Of a DNA stretch of 24,020 nt, positions 23,348 through 24,020 are shown in pieces. The notes beneath the pieces were generated by a model. That model was not told where the DNA came from, did no database searches, and saw nothing but the letters and a program-made list of their open reading frames with translations. The stretch's first letter is position 1. The number at the start of each line of letters is the position of its first letter. Made by a program: the position numbers and the translations under genes. Origin of the DNA: an uncultured Fusobacteriales bacterium (GTDB taxonomy: Bacteria; Fusobacteriota; Fusobacteriia; Fusobacteriales; JAAYPW01); the NCBI GenBank assembly GCA_964506865.1, contig CAZDNU010000264.1, positions 1 to 24,020 on the forward strand. The letters are read 5' to 3'.

Positions 23348-24003
23348 ATGTATCCAACTCCTCTCACAGTATAAATTAATTTTTCATCAAAATTTTTATC
23401 AATTTTTTTTCTTAAATGATTTACATATACATCAATTACATTAGTATCAGTAAAAAAATCAATATTCCATACTTTTTCAGAGATCATTGTTCTAGTTAAA
23501 ACCAAATTTTTATTACGAATAAAATACTCTAAAAGTGAAAACTCTTTTGAAGTTAGATCAATTATTGTCCCAGCTCGTTTTACTTCTCGATTTAAAAGAT
23601 TCACTTCTAAATCCTTCACTTTTAACATACTATCCTTATCATCACTTCCTCTTCGCAGGACAGCTCGCACTCGTGCTAACAATTCTGCAAATGCAAATGG
23701 CTTTGTAATATAATCATCTGCCCCTGCATCTAGTCCTACAACTTTATCTTCTATTTTATCTTTTGCTGTAACTAATATTATATATGATTTATTTTGTGCT
23801 TTTCTTAGGGTTTTACACACCTGTATTCCATCTATCTTAGGTATCATAATATCCAATAAAATAAGATCATAATCATTAATCGAAGCGAGATAGACTGCTT
23901 CCTCTCCATCCAACGCTATATCCACATTATATCCTGATTCATTTAATCCCTTTTTTAAGTAATTTGCTATATTTTCTTCATCTTCTACAACCAATATTCT
24001 CAT
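23335..24003 (-). CDS. OmpR/PhoB-family response regulator, CusR/CzcR-like
   Basis: MRILVVEDE, LLDIMIP (phospho-Asp), GADDYITKPF, winged-helix NVIDVYVNHLRKKID..TVRGVGY. SD AGGAGG. Confidence 0.97.
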   Translation of the reverse strand: MRILVVEDEENIANYLKKGLNESGYNVDIALDGEEAVYLASINDYDLILLDIMIPKIDGIQVCKTLRKAQNKSYIILVTAKDKIEDKVVGLDAGADDYITKPFAFAELLARVRAVLRRGSDDKDSMLKVKDLEVNLLNREVKRAGTIIDLTSKEFSLLEYFIRNKNLVLTRTMISEKVWNIDFFTDTNVIDVYVNHLRKKIDKNFDEKLIYTVRGVGYILKE

Positions 24004-24020
24004 AAATTCCTCCTAAATAT

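Noticed and set aside
1-24020. CRISPR array, tRNA/rRNA, IS element or integrase
   Set aside because: No regularly spaced repeats, cloverleaf or rRNA-like segments, transposase or integrase motifs, or terminal inverted repeats were seen. Nearly all of the sequence is accounted for by CDSs.

Overview
Very AT-rich bacterial chromosomal DNA, roughly 25-30% GC by eye. The gene content suggests an anaerobe with a periplasm, but the taxon cannot be determined from the sequence. The left 11 kb has no long ORF in the supplied track, yet it is one uninterrupted minus-strand reading frame. I read every codon in the frame whose + strand triplets start at positions 1 mod 3 and found no TAA/TAG/TGA between the ATG at 11088 and the left edge. 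It encodes a secreted protein of at least 3,696 aa, probably missed because its stop lies outside the window. Late in the chain it carries a coiled coil, a poly-Lys stretch, a hydrophobic hairpin and about 260 aa of Gly/aromatic beta-strands, then at least 560 aa more; this resembles a giant polymorphic-toxin or translocator architecture. It is the last gene of a translationally coupled operon (560-aa secreted protein, 62-aa peptide, giant). That operon is transcribed back-to-back with an A24 prepilin-type peptidase and an FGE/PsbP-like lipoprotein. The remainder holds a GYP-less HD protein, a divergent PIN-PhoH ATPase, an MCP, purE plus a DUF4914 protein, a 2[4Fe-4S] ferredoxin and an OmpR-family two-component pair. 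The kinase of that pair appears to lack a canonical start codon and probably begins at ATT. No rRNA, tRNA, CRISPR array, IS or integrase was seen. All family assignments come from motif recognition by eye, not database searches.
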